Shown here piece after piece: positions 31,877 through 43,785 of a stretch of 64,000 nt of DNA (positions within the stretch are counted from its first letter, which is position 1; each line of letters opens with the position of its first letter). The translations under genes and the position numbers were made by a program. Below the pieces are notes generated by a model. It had not been told where the DNA came from. It worked only from the letters and a program-made list of their open reading frames with translations, and did no database searches. This stretch comes from the human T2T-CHM13v2.0 reference genome, Homo sapiens: the NCBI RefSeq assembly GCF_009914755.1, contig NC_060927.1; one strand, 5' to 3'.

Positions 31877-32333
31877 TGTGGTGATTAATATTGAGTGTCA
31901 ACTTGATTGCATCAAAGGATGCAAAGTATTGATCCTGGGTGTGTCTGTGAGGGTGTTGCCAAAGGAGATTAACATTTGAGTCAGTGGGCGGGGAAAAGCA
32001 GACCTACCCTTAATCTGGGTGGCCACCATCTAATTAGTTGCCAGCACAGCTAGGATATAAAGCAGATAGAAAAACGTGAAAAGGCTAGACTGGCCTAGCC
32101 TCCCAGATTACATCTTTCTCCCGTGTTGGATCCTTCCTGACCTTAAACATTGGACTCCATGTTCTTCAGTTTTAGGACTTGGACTGGGTCTCCTTGCCCC
32201 TCAGTTTGCAGATGGCCTATTGTGGGACCTTGTGATTGTGTGAGTTAATACTTAATAAACTCTCCTTCATATATATATATGTGTATATATATATATATGT
32301 GTGTGTATATATATATATGTGTATATATATATA

Positions 32334-32368
<35 letters not shown>

Positions 32369-32409
32369 CTTTATTAGTTATGTCCCTCTAGAGAACCCTG
32401 ACTAATACA
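31877..32409 (+). mobile_element. MLT2A1/A2 (HERV-L) solo LTR
   Basis: TG...CA termini; 'gagtgtcaacttgatt...gggtgttgccaaaggagattaacatttgagtcagtgg...gagaaccctgactaataca'; 5-bp TSD gatgc/gatgg. Confidence 0.92.
32269..32368. repeat. Compound (TA)n/(TG)n microsatellite within MLT2A
   Basis: Directly visible. Confidence 0.95.
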
Positions 32410-32809
32410 GATGGGGACACAGATCCAAACCATATCACTGTGTGTGGCAAAGCACAGGTGAATATCTTTATATATATAGGTATCTCCTACTTGTGTGGCT
32501 TATTTATGTCATTGCTTGTAGGTATGAGTGGCATTAAATAAAAGAACTCAATCTAGTCATACCTTCTCAGATTCATAGTTTGGAAGAACCAATGGACAAA
32601 AATATTAATCTTTCTGTTTTTTTTTAAGCACTTGATACTACCTTTAAGAAAAAATAAGCCTCTTGCTTACTTTTTAGGTCACTGTACTCTATTGAATACT
32701 TCTTTCTTTCAATAATATTTAATGTTTTCCTTAGCACTTGCTTGTGATTGTTCTTCACACCTCCTGAATAGTAATGATAGTTACTATTTCTAAGGGCAAT
32801 ATACAGGCT

Positions 32810-33000
32810 GCATGATAATCTCATTTATGCATCCTACAACCTTCAAATGTAGATTTCATAATCTCCATTTTACAAAAAGGTAACTTAGGCAAGGGGAGGT
32901 TAAGCAAAGCAGAGATAACACATAGCTTGTGCACAGCAGAAATAGGATTTGGATTTAGATCTTTGTAACTCAAAGCCCATACCCTTAGGCAGTAAAGAAG
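32810..33000 (-). mobile_element. MIR
   Basis: 'atctccattttacaaaaaggtaacttaggcaaggggaggttaag'. Confidence 0.65.
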
Positions 33001-35149
33001 AGCCCTTTAGAAATTTTGATGGTAAATCTATCAGTGCTGTGTTAGTCACATCTGAATCCCCCTCAGCTTTAGCTAAGGAACTGTGCAAGCTGATCATTGG
33101 TAAAGGGGAATGGTTAGATTGATGAGTGGAAGGATGGACAGATGAATACACTGTCAATTGTCTAGGTGCAATGGTCAAGACTGTGTTTAGCTGGTGGAAA
33201 CAATAGGAGGAGTGACACCTTAAACTCTAAAAGTCACTAATAAAGAGATTTTTTGTAAGATAGTATTTAATAATTTAAGATTATAGCATATAATTCCAAA
33301 TTTTACCTAACTCTTTGTTGTTTCTTTTTTGTGACATTTTTCTTGGTTTTCTATATATAGTTCAGCCAAGAGTCAGATGAAATCCTTTTTGATGTAAAAA
33401 TTTAAGTAAATGTTCATGAAATATTAATTTTCATATATTGTCACATAAAAATGTTGGTTTAAAAAAATCTAACTTTGCCATTGCTCTAATAATTATTAAA
33501 TAACAATGGAAAGGAAGCTTCTGATTGCAAATTTTTGTATTGAGATGTGTAATTGACCAGTTTCTTGGCTGAAGTGAAGTTGATTAGAACTGGAATCAGA
33601 ACTATGTGTTTGGCTTAAACTAATATTTTTTTCTTAACCTATCATCTCTCATGGTTATGTTATAGTATACCCGAGGTAAATTACTTTAGGAAACCTATGT
33701 GAGATGCTGTAGGTATCCTAAAATTAGAGTGACAATATGGAAAATGCTTCTACTCATTGTTAAAATAAAAGAATTGTTTCTAAAAAGTTAAGAGATCTGC
33801 AACTCATTGAGTTTATGTTGTAACAGTATTCTGCATGGAAAAAACAAACCTAACTAAACATAGAGAAGTTGAGATACAGTAAAGGTGGAAAACAAGAGAT
33901 ACTCTGGAGAGTGAAACATTGTATAAATGCTGGAGATCAGAATTCACATGTAATTCACAGTCAGTTTTCCCCCAACACTTACTCCACAGTCCTTTGACAT
34001 TTAAACTGTAGGCTACACAGAAAGCCTGCCTGTGGGAACCAAGAGGCCTGAAACGGGAGCTCATCCAATGGCCAGTGGCAGATGGAATTAGAAATGGAGA
34101 TATTTTGTGATTATTATAAAACAGAATGGGAAACATAAAATTGAACTGGCTCAAGCCTATGCTGAAAACCAAAGGCAAAGAAGTATCTACTGAGCGTATT
34201 TGTTGCCAACTTGTTTTGGTGATATGTGGAACTGTAATAAGTCAAGGATATTTTTCTACAGATTCCTGTATTTGTAATAAAATCAACATGTAGTATTTTA
34301 TAATTTTCCCATGTGATGCCAGAGATTTCGAAAAAATAGACATTTAAAGTTTTTTTTGCCCTTGTCATTCATCAACAGTTGTTTGGTTTGGTTTGCTTTG
34401 GTCAGTTGGCCTTATATTAGAAAGTGTCATGGCAGAAAATAACATACCAATCCAAGTAAAATGTCTTTCTAATAAGTATTCCTTACAATCATTACGTTGT
34501 TTATGAAAGTAGGAGTAATTGATTCATGTGGGATTCACTATTAAACTTAGTACAAATTTAGACTCAAATGAATTGTTTTTTCAGTTCTTATAGAAATGCA
34601 CTATATAGTTTTTGAAATAAATCCCTAAGCTTTTCATGAGGATATTATCAGAGAAAATCAATAAAAGATAAGTAGATAATCATTAATATCATCAAAGGTT
34701 TCAAGTAGTATAAAGAATACAAAGAAGAGCTAAATATGGGATATCACATAATATTAATATTTAGTTGGCTATATAATCATTTCATATTTGATAATAGCAA
34801 CATCAATATACCTGAAATCAAATTTATTCCTGTTTACCTCATTTTGTGAAACTAAAATTGTTATGTAAAATTGAGTTTAGAAATCACTTTTAAAAAACTA
34901 TCAGGGCACTATTGTGTTATCACAATTGTAAAGCTTTTTTCTTGAGTACTCTTACTCTTAATTATGGAGTTTAAATATGGAAATTCATTATGGAGTGCTA
35001 ATACTTCTTATCTTGGGAAAGGCAAGGATTTGCAACTAGATTTGGAATTAAATCTTGAACCTGATATCCGCAAGATCTATGATATTAGAAGTGAAGAAAA
35101 TAATGACAAAGATAGATGTAATAAAAATTTAGGTATTTATATGCATTAT

Positions 35150-35310
35150 TTGTGATAGTCCTGAGAGATAGATATTTTAAATTTTCATTTTGTGAGTACA
35201 GAAACTGTACGTCATAGTGGTTCAGTGATTTATAAAAGTTTGCTCTTCTAATAAGTGCATGGCTGAGATTAGAACCCAATTGTGTCTGGTTTATAAAGCC
35301 ACTGTTTTTT
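35150..35310 (-). mobile_element. MIR
   Basis: 'ttcattttgtgagtacagaaactg...ggctgagattagaaccca'. Confidence 0.5.
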
Positions 35311-36678
35311 TGTTTTTTTGTTTTTTTTTTCACTAAGTAAGGATGTCATGCCAAATAAAGATGCTGTTGGACCTCCAAATTTAACCAAAATAAATTACAA
35401 GCACATGATTACAATGGATGTTTCTCTGCTCTGGGTACATTAGTAGTTTTAGCTAATTAGACTGTTAATTTTCATGCTAACTATGCACAATCAGGAAATA
35501 CTGTAAGTCAATTTTCTTGAGAAGTCTAACTCTTAGTATCCTTGAAGTCACCTTTGGTTAACTGATGGAGTAGAAAGTAGTAATTGGAGTTCAATCTGTC
35601 TGATTCCAAAAATCTGTTCTCTTCTAATAACCATGTTATAATGCCTTACAGTTAAATATGTGAAATATGAAGCCAAATTTTGTGGGTTACTATTGTTAAA
35701 CTGTGACTTGAGATTCTCCCAAGAGGCTTGCTGCTCCCAGATGTCATATGGTAGATGAAAGCAGGCAATTCTTTGTTCTGTTTTCTATTTAGATTCAGCA
35801 TCCATAGCTTTATTTCTTTATGGTTCAACAATGACATTTTATTACAAGCTGTGTTCATTTATTTTATTGTTTCTTTGATCCATTTAATAGAATTTTGGCT
35901 ATGCAATTACCAAAAACATAAGAAATTATAGACTGGTTTTAGTTATTAATGAAGTATATAATTTCTACATTCCATTATTTTTGCATCCCTTGGGATTATA
36001 ATTTTGTTTTATTTTGTAAACACTATCCACAAATATAAAATTTTCAGCTATACACAGATGGGTAGTATCTCATGTCTTCATTATCACTGGGAATCATGTG
36101 GAATTTGTTTTGTAAAGAGACTCAATAGCCAATTACATTATAAGGGTAGGCAGTAAGGGACTTACTTTTTATTTCAGACAACTTAATTACAAGACTTTGT
36201 GTCATGGGATGCAAAGTATTGGAAGGAGCATCACTCCCCACATTTAAAACAAAACAAAAAGAGTCAGACTAACTTTAAATGCATGACTTTTAAAAAGTCA
36301 GTTGGCAGAGCACCCAAATGACCCAAAAGTTTAAGGACAAATAAGGGAAATCGATTTGTGCACTTGCTCACTGGAGGTAAACACCACCTGATACTGACAA
36401 GAAGAGGTCAGGAAGAATAGTTGACAGATGGGTGAAAGCTGAATATGAGAATGCAGGACAGGGGACTATGGGAACCATCGTGGGCTGTAGACATTGGCAG
36501 AATCCAAACCTTCTTGTAAGAAATCCCATCAGGTTCACATAGGAAAGACTGAAAAGAGTCCGCGGAGATGTCATTGTGGGGCAGAGGGAACAGAATACAC
36601 TGTCTTCTGAAGTGCATATGAAAATACAACCAAGATAGACACTAAACCACAAAATTAACTACAAAAATATTTAAAATA

Positions 36679-36991
36679 GGCCAGGCGCGGTGGCTCACGC
36701 CTCTAATCCCAGCACTTTGGGAGGCCGAGGCGGGCGGATCACTAGGTCAGGAGATCGAGACCATCCTGGCTAACACAGTGAAACCCCGTCTCTACTAAAA
36801 ATACAAAAAATTAGCCGGGCGCGGTGGCGGGGGCCTGTAGTCCCAGCTACTCGGAAGCGGAGGTAGGAGAATTGCGTGAACCCGGGGGGAGGAGCTTGCA
36901 GTGAGCCGAGACAGGGCCACTGCAGTCCGGCCTGTGCGAAAGAGAGAGACTCCGTCTCAAAAAAAATAAAAAATAAAAAATAAAAAAAAAA
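36679..36991 (+). mobile_element. AluY (variant with 'cagtccggcc...gcgaaagag'; Yb/Yh-lineage-like)
   Basis: 'gagatcgagaccatcctggctaacac' and 'ggagcttgcagtgagccgag'; CpG-rich; TSD ttaaaata at 36671-36678 and 36992-36999. Confidence 0.93.
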
Positions 36992-39083
36992 TTAAAATAA
37001 TAGAAACCATACCAAGTATGGTCTTGTACCATAGTGGAATTAAACCAGAAATTGATAAGAGAAAGATATCTGGTAAAATATGAAGAAGGAAGCATATTTC
37101 AAAGAGAAATTCTAAAGGAAAAATTAAAAATACTTGAGATCAATGAAAAATTTTAAAGATATAGCAATATGTGTAGGATGTAGCTAAAGCAGTGGATTGA
37201 GAGGGATTTCTCTCATTTAAAGTTTAATTTAGAAAATAAAGATTAAAAAATAATAATCTGTTCCACCACAAGAAATTAGAAAAGGAAGAGAAAGTTAAAG
37301 CTAAAGTAATCAGAAGGAAGAAAATAAAGCAAAAATCAGTAAAATTAAACACAAAAAATACAATAGAGAAAATCAATGAAAACGAAAACTAAAAACTGAT
37401 TTTTGTAATGATGAATAAAATTGATAAGCGTCTTGTCAGACTGATGTGGAAAACACAGACAGAAGACAACAATTATCAATGTTATGAAAGAACGAGGACA
37501 TATTACTATAAGACCCCACAAACATGAAAAGAAAAATAAGGGAATACTATGAAAAACTCTGTGCCCATAAATTTGACCACTTAGATGAAATGAACAAATT
37601 TTCAAAAGACACTACCTGTGAAAACTCACTTAAGAAGAACAGATTGTATTAATAGTGGTTTATATGTGATTGAAATTGAATTTTTAATTATAAAGCTCCA
37701 AAACAGGTAATGAAAGCTCAGGTAATTTTTATGGCCAATTCTACCATTTCATGAATAAATGCTATTGATTCCTCAAAATCCTTTCAAAAAACAGAGGAAG
37801 GAAAAACTTCCCAGTTCATTTTCATAAGACTAGCATTTACGTAATATCAAAATTAGGAAAAAACGTTATTATAAGAAAACTAGAGACCATATCCCTCATG
37901 AATATAACTGTAAAGATTGTTAACAAAATATTAACAAATCAAATCCAGCAAAACATCAAAAGGATAATGCATCACATCCAAGTGGGTTTTATCCCAGGAA
38001 TGTAACCTAGCTCTACAGTAAAAAATCAGTGTAACTCATATTAACAAACTTAAGAAAAAAATGATAATGCCAATAGATACCAAAAACATGGAAAAAAATG
38101 ATATTCATTCATAGTAAAAACTGGGGAAACTAAAAATAGAAGAAAACATTATCAACTTATCAGAATAAATTTACCATGTCAGAAGACCAAAGCTAAAATC
38201 ATACATAGTAATCAATGACTGAATTTTTCCCCCAAGATCTGACAAAGGCAAGGCTACCTCGTCTCATGATTTCTATTCAATTTTTTTCCTCTTTTAGTTT
38301 CTGTGAGGATTAAATTATATCAAATATGTAAAGCTATTGTACCCAGTATTTTCCATGCTCACAACCCTAGGGGAAACTTCTTGCCCAAATTTCCTGCTGA
38401 CAGAGACTAGTCTGCCATTTTAGAGCAACATGGCCTCCTGTATTTGTTTTGGCCCTGGGAAGCAGTCTGCCTGGAACCAAGGAGGAGGAGATGGCACTGG
38501 TCCCTGGGCCTATGCCTTCTGGGCCTGTGGCAAAATCATTTATTTGCACTGTAGCCATTACAAGATAAACAAATGAAAGGCATACATACAACTTAGAAAA
38601 GAAGAAATAAAATCGTCCTTGATCACAAATAAAGTGATTGCCTTTGTCAGGCATCCCAAAGATCTACAAAAAAGCTCCCACAACCAATGAGTTTAGCAAG
38701 TTTGTGGGTAACAAATCAACATATTCATATCAATTGTATTTCTATATATTAGTAATGAACTACTAAAATATAAACTTTAAAAATCAATAACATCTAAAAG
38801 AGCACCAAAAAATGAAATAGTTAAGCATGCCTCTAACATAATATGTGCCATATCTGTACAGTTAAACCACAAAACACTAATAAAATAAATCAAAAAAGGC
38901 CTAAATAAATGCGGAGGTATACCATGTTCATGGACTGGATAATTCAATAGCATTAAAGTCATTTCTCCCCAGTTCAATCTATAAATACAATACAATTCTA
39001 ATAAAATCTCAGCAGACATTTTTGTTGTCACAGATATTTACCAGACTGGAATAGCCAAGATGATTTTGAAAATTATGTGAGTA

Positions 39084-39834
39084 GCATGATTTATAGTCCT
39101 TTGGGTATATACCCAGTAATGGGATGGCTGGGTCAAATGGTATTTCTAGTTCTAGATCCCTGAGGAATCGCCACACTGACTTCCACAATGGTTGAACTAG
39201 TTTACAGTCCCACCAACAGTGTAAAAGTGTTCCTATTTCTCCACATCCTCTCCAGCACCTGTTGTTTCCTGACTTTTTAATGATTGCCATTCTAACTGGT
39301 GTGAGATGATATCTCATAGTGGTTTCATAGCTGCTATAAAGACACATGCACACGTATGTTTATTGCGGCACTATTCACAATAGCAAAGACTTGGAACCAA
39401 CCCAAATGTCCAACAATGATAGACTGGATTAAGAAAATGTGGCACATATACACCATGGAATACTATGCAGCCATAAAAAATGATGAGTTCATGTCCTTTG
39501 TAGGGACATGGATGAAATTGGAAACCATCATTCTCAGTAAACTATCGCAAGAACAAAAAACCAAACACCGCATATTCTCACTCATAGGTGGGAATTGAAC
39601 AATGAGATCACATGGACACAGGAAGGGGAATATCACACTCTGGGGACTGTGGTGGGGTCGGGGGAGGGGGGAGGGATAGCATTGGGAGATATACCTAATG
39701 CTAGATGACACGTTAGTGGGTGCAGCACACCAGCATGGCACATGTATACATATGTAACTAACCTGCACAATGTGCACATGTACCCTAAAACTTAGAGTAT
39801 AATAAAAAAAAATAATAATAATAAAAAAAAAAAA
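39084..39834 (+). mobile_element. L1Hs pre-Ta, 5'-truncated and 5'-inverted (inverted part 39084-39325, sense part ~39330-39834)
   Basis: ACG at 39710-39712, G at 39795, L1Hs-type 'gatgatatctcatagtgg'; 16-bp TSD gaaaattatgtgagta at 39068-39083 and 39835-39850. Confidence 0.93.
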
Positions 39835-41134
39835 GAAAATTATGTGAGTAAAACCAAGTCTAACATGTTTCATCAGTTATACAAAGGATTATTTTAACTC
39901 TAATTGGAATTGATAGGACTTTAGTCCAAGTATGTTGTAAAATGAATTTTAGAACTTAATGTAAAACTACAGTAATCATGACTGTGGTATTGCTGAAAAG
40001 GTGGACACATAAATCAATGGAAAAGAACACAAATCCCAGTAATAAATTTATACAAATAGAGTCATTTGATTTTTGACAAAGGTACAATGAAATTGAAAGG
40101 AAAATAAGCATATTTTAGCAAAAAAATAAACTGAAAAAACTTCAAAATATACCGAATTTATCTGAAATTCAGAGAATATTTGTTTTTGAATTATTGACCT
40201 GGATCCAGGGTATTTTAAGAAAGCTTTTGTCTTTCATAATCTGAAATAGAAGAATAAAGAATTTATGAAAGTTGAATCTCATTAGAAAAAATAATTAATT
40301 TGTGTAATAAGAGCTTCCATGGAAAATATCCAGTATCTTAAATAGAATTACTTATAAAGTTCCAGAGACACATAGAATACTGTGTGCACAAGTGGGAAAG
40401 GCTTTAGATGGGTATGTTTTATTGCACCGATATGTAGGGAGAACTGTTTTTGAAAAATCTGAGGTAGGAGTAGTTAATAGATGTACACTCCCCCTAACCT
40501 CAGTGCTTCTTCCAAAGCAAGGGATGTGGGGAGGAGGGCAGACAGGTAGGGAGGAAAGGAGAGAGAGAGAGGAATTCCTTACCACAGAGAAATTGATCAG
40601 AAAATAATGCAGTTTTCTGCCTTTCCTTCCTCCTCAATACTAATATCATATTATTTTTAAAAGGCAGCAGGATACTAAGAAATATAAAATAATACCCTGA
40701 TACATTTGATTTTCAAAAACTTTCAAAAGTGGCGTGAATCTACAATGAGAAAATATTTAAATGATCAGCTGAATTGATGAAATCAGTATCACATGGATAT
40801 AACTTATATTCTGCATCATTTCTTGGAAACTCTTATTAGTACAATTAGATCCTATTTCATAAACATACCCTCTTGTATTAATTACAGTTGTATTCTGGAA
40901 AAGAAGCTCTGATAAATCAACTTATATAGGAGTCCATTTTACTGTCATTTCTGATAAAGGCTATTAAAGAACACTTGGCAGTTTGTAGTTAACGACGATA
41001 TTAGAAGCTAGAACAAGGTGTGTTCTTTTTTTTTCTTACTTTTGTTTTTTAAATAACACACAATAATTGTGCATATTTATGGGATGTAGTGAAACGTTTG
41101 AATACATGTATACATTGTGTAAAAATTAAAAATT

Positions 41135-41398
41135 TGTTTGGGCACAGAGGCTCATTCCCGTAATTCCAGCACATTGGGAGGCCAAGTGGGAGGATCGCTT
41201 GAGGCCAGGAGTCTGAGACCAGCTTAGGCATCACAGTGAGACCCTGTTGCTACAAAAAAATTTAACATTTAGTCAGGCATGGAAGATTACTTGAGCCTGA
41301 GAGGTCAAGGCTACAGTTAGCTGGGATGGCGCCACTGAACTCTAGACTGGATGACAGAGCAAGACTGTCTCAAAAAATAAATAATAAAAAATAAAAAA
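41135..41398 (+). mobile_element. AluJ with an internal right-arm deletion
   Basis: 'aggatcgcttgaggccaggag...gtcaggcatgg|aagattacttgagcctgagaggtcaaggctacagt'. Confidence 0.85.
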
Positions 41399-41478
41399 TC
41401 AGGGTATTTAGCATATCTATCACATATATTTATGATTTCTTTGTGGTGAGAACCTTAAAAATTTTCTCTTCTAGCTAC

Positions 41479-41818
<340 letters not shown>

Positions 41819-42897
41819 TAATATTTTGAAAATACACTACAATATTTTTAACCCCCTGTGCAATAGAAAGCCAGAAGTTATTTCTCCTAACTGTAACTTT
41901 GTACCTGTTGATGAATCTCTCCCAATCCCCACTTCCAGCCCACTGGTTAACCTCTGATAACCACTATTCCTTCCTCTACTTCTGTGAGTTCAACTTTCTT
42001 AGATTCCACATATGAGTGAGATTATGTGGTATTAGTCCTTCTATGTCTGGTTTATTTCACTTAACATAATGCCCTGCGGTTCATCCATGTTGCCACAAAT
42101 GACAGAATTTCATTCTTTTTTAATGGTTGAATAGTATTCTATTGTGTATAAATACCACATTTTCTTTGTTCATTCATCTGTTAATGGATACTTACGCTGA
42201 TTTCATGTCTTGGTTATTGTGAATACTACTGCAATAAACATAGGAATGCAGTTATCTCTTTGACATACTAAGATATCTCTTCCACAAAGATATACATTTC
42301 GCACAGATATCTCTTCAACAATCAATGGTGTAAAAATACAACCTAAAGAATGAGAGAATATATATATGCAAACTATGCATTTCACGAGGGGTTAATATTC
42401 AGAATATATAAGAAACTCAAACAACTGAATAGCAAAAAAAAAATCATCCTAATAAAAAAATGCAAAAAAAAATCTGAATTAGTATTTCTCAAAAGAAGAC
42501 ATATAAATGGCCAACAGGTAGATGAAAAAATGTGCAACATCAGTAATCATCAAGGAAATGCAGATCAAAACCACAATGAGACATCGTCTCACCACAAATA
42601 GAATGGCTATTATCAAATAAACAAAAAATAATAAATGCTGGCAAGGATGCAAAGAAAAGGAAACTCTTATACACTGTTGGTGGGAATATAAGTTAGTACA
42701 ACCATTATGGAAAACAGCATGGTTGTTCCTCAAAAAATTGAAAATAGAACTACCGTATGATCCAGCAATTCCACTAGTGGGTATATGTTCAAATGAAATG
42801 TCAGAGATGTGTTCTTTTAGCTGTTTTCTGTGCGGTCCTGAGTTCCACATAGAGGATTATTAGGGCGCCCGATGTAGAAATCAAAAGAAATGGATAG

Positions 42898-43050
42898 AGC
42901 TGAGTGCAGTGGCTCATGCCTTTAATCTCAACTACTTATGAGGCCAAGGCAGGAGGATCACTTGAGGCTGGGAATTAGAGACAAGCCTGAGCAACATAGG
43001 AAGATTGTGTCTAAAAAAAAAACAAAAAAACCAAAACAAAAACAAAAAAA
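42898..43050 (+). mobile_element. FLAM-C / Alu monomer
   Basis: Single monomer plus A-rich tail; flanks aaatggatag / aaatggagag. Confidence 0.8.
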
Positions 43051-43149
43051 TGGAGAGAGAGAGGAAGGAATAGCAGGGGGGCTCTGTTCATTGGCTACAA
43101 CCAACGAGAATACCAGTCTTATCTGTTTTATATCTTAAAACTGTTTAAC

Positions 43150-43785
43150 TTCTTAATTGTGTTATTTGTTTTCTTGCTATTGAGTTGTGTGATTTCCTTG
43201 TGTATTTCGGATATTAACTTTTTATCAGATATATGGTTTGCAAATATTTTCTCCCATTCGGTGAGTTGTTTCTCTATTTTGTTGATTTTCTTTCCCTGTA
43301 CTGCATAGGAGCTTTTTAGTTTGAAGTAATCTTCATTTGTCTATTTTTGCATTTGTTGGCTGTGCTTCTGGGGTCATAGCCAAAAAAAAATCATTGCCCA
43401 GACCCATGTCGAAAAGCTTTCCCCATGTTTTGTTCTAGTAGTTTTACAGTTTCTGGTCTTATGATGAAGTCTTTAATGTCTTTTGAGTTGACTTTTGTAT
43501 AATGGTGTGAGAAAAGGTTCTAATTTAATTCTTCTGCATGTGGATAACAAGTTGTACCAACACTATTTATTGAGGAGACTCTCCTTTCCCCATTGTGTGT
43601 TCTTGGCATATTTGTCAAAAATCAATTGACCATAAATGTGTGGATGCATATGTTAATTAGCTTGATTTAGCTATTCCACAGCATACACATATGTCAAAAC
43701 ATCATGTCTGACACCAGAAGTAGTACATAAAAATTTTTATTTGTTAATTTAAAAAAACTGGAAGATTTAAAATTAAAATAAATAG
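43150..43785. mobile_element. L1MA fragments: minus ORF2 piece (~43150-43645) joined to a plus 3' terminus (~43646-43785)
   Basis: 'tttgcaaatattttctcccattc...aaaatcattgcccagacc' then 'atatgttaattagcttgatttagctattccaca'. Confidence 0.75.

Larger units (their letters stand above)
31490..32437 (-). mobile_element. MSTB-type MaLR solo LTR, interrupted by MLT2A
   Basis: 'ctgttcttgcactgctataaagaaatacctgagactgg...ccaatcacctccc' resumes as 'ggggacacagatccaaaccatatca' after the insert. Confidence 0.88.
36590..40125 (+). mobile_element. Old L1M ORF2 remnant, host to AluY, a foreign segment and L1Hs
   Basis: Degenerate ORF2 landmarks in the expected order ('ggaattaaaccagaaat', 'caaatcaaatccagcaa', 'ccatgttcatggactgga', 'catttgatttttgacaaagg'). 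Confidence 0.8.

Noticed and set aside
33983-34047. Candidate minus-strand exon (GGA|gtaagt donor); similar donor at ~1899
   Set aside because: Weak polypyrimidine tract and no recognisable coding content; not distinguishable from chance splice-like motifs
39645-39680. G-quadruplex-forming G-tract
   Set aside because: Standard feature of the L1 3' UTR, not locus-specific
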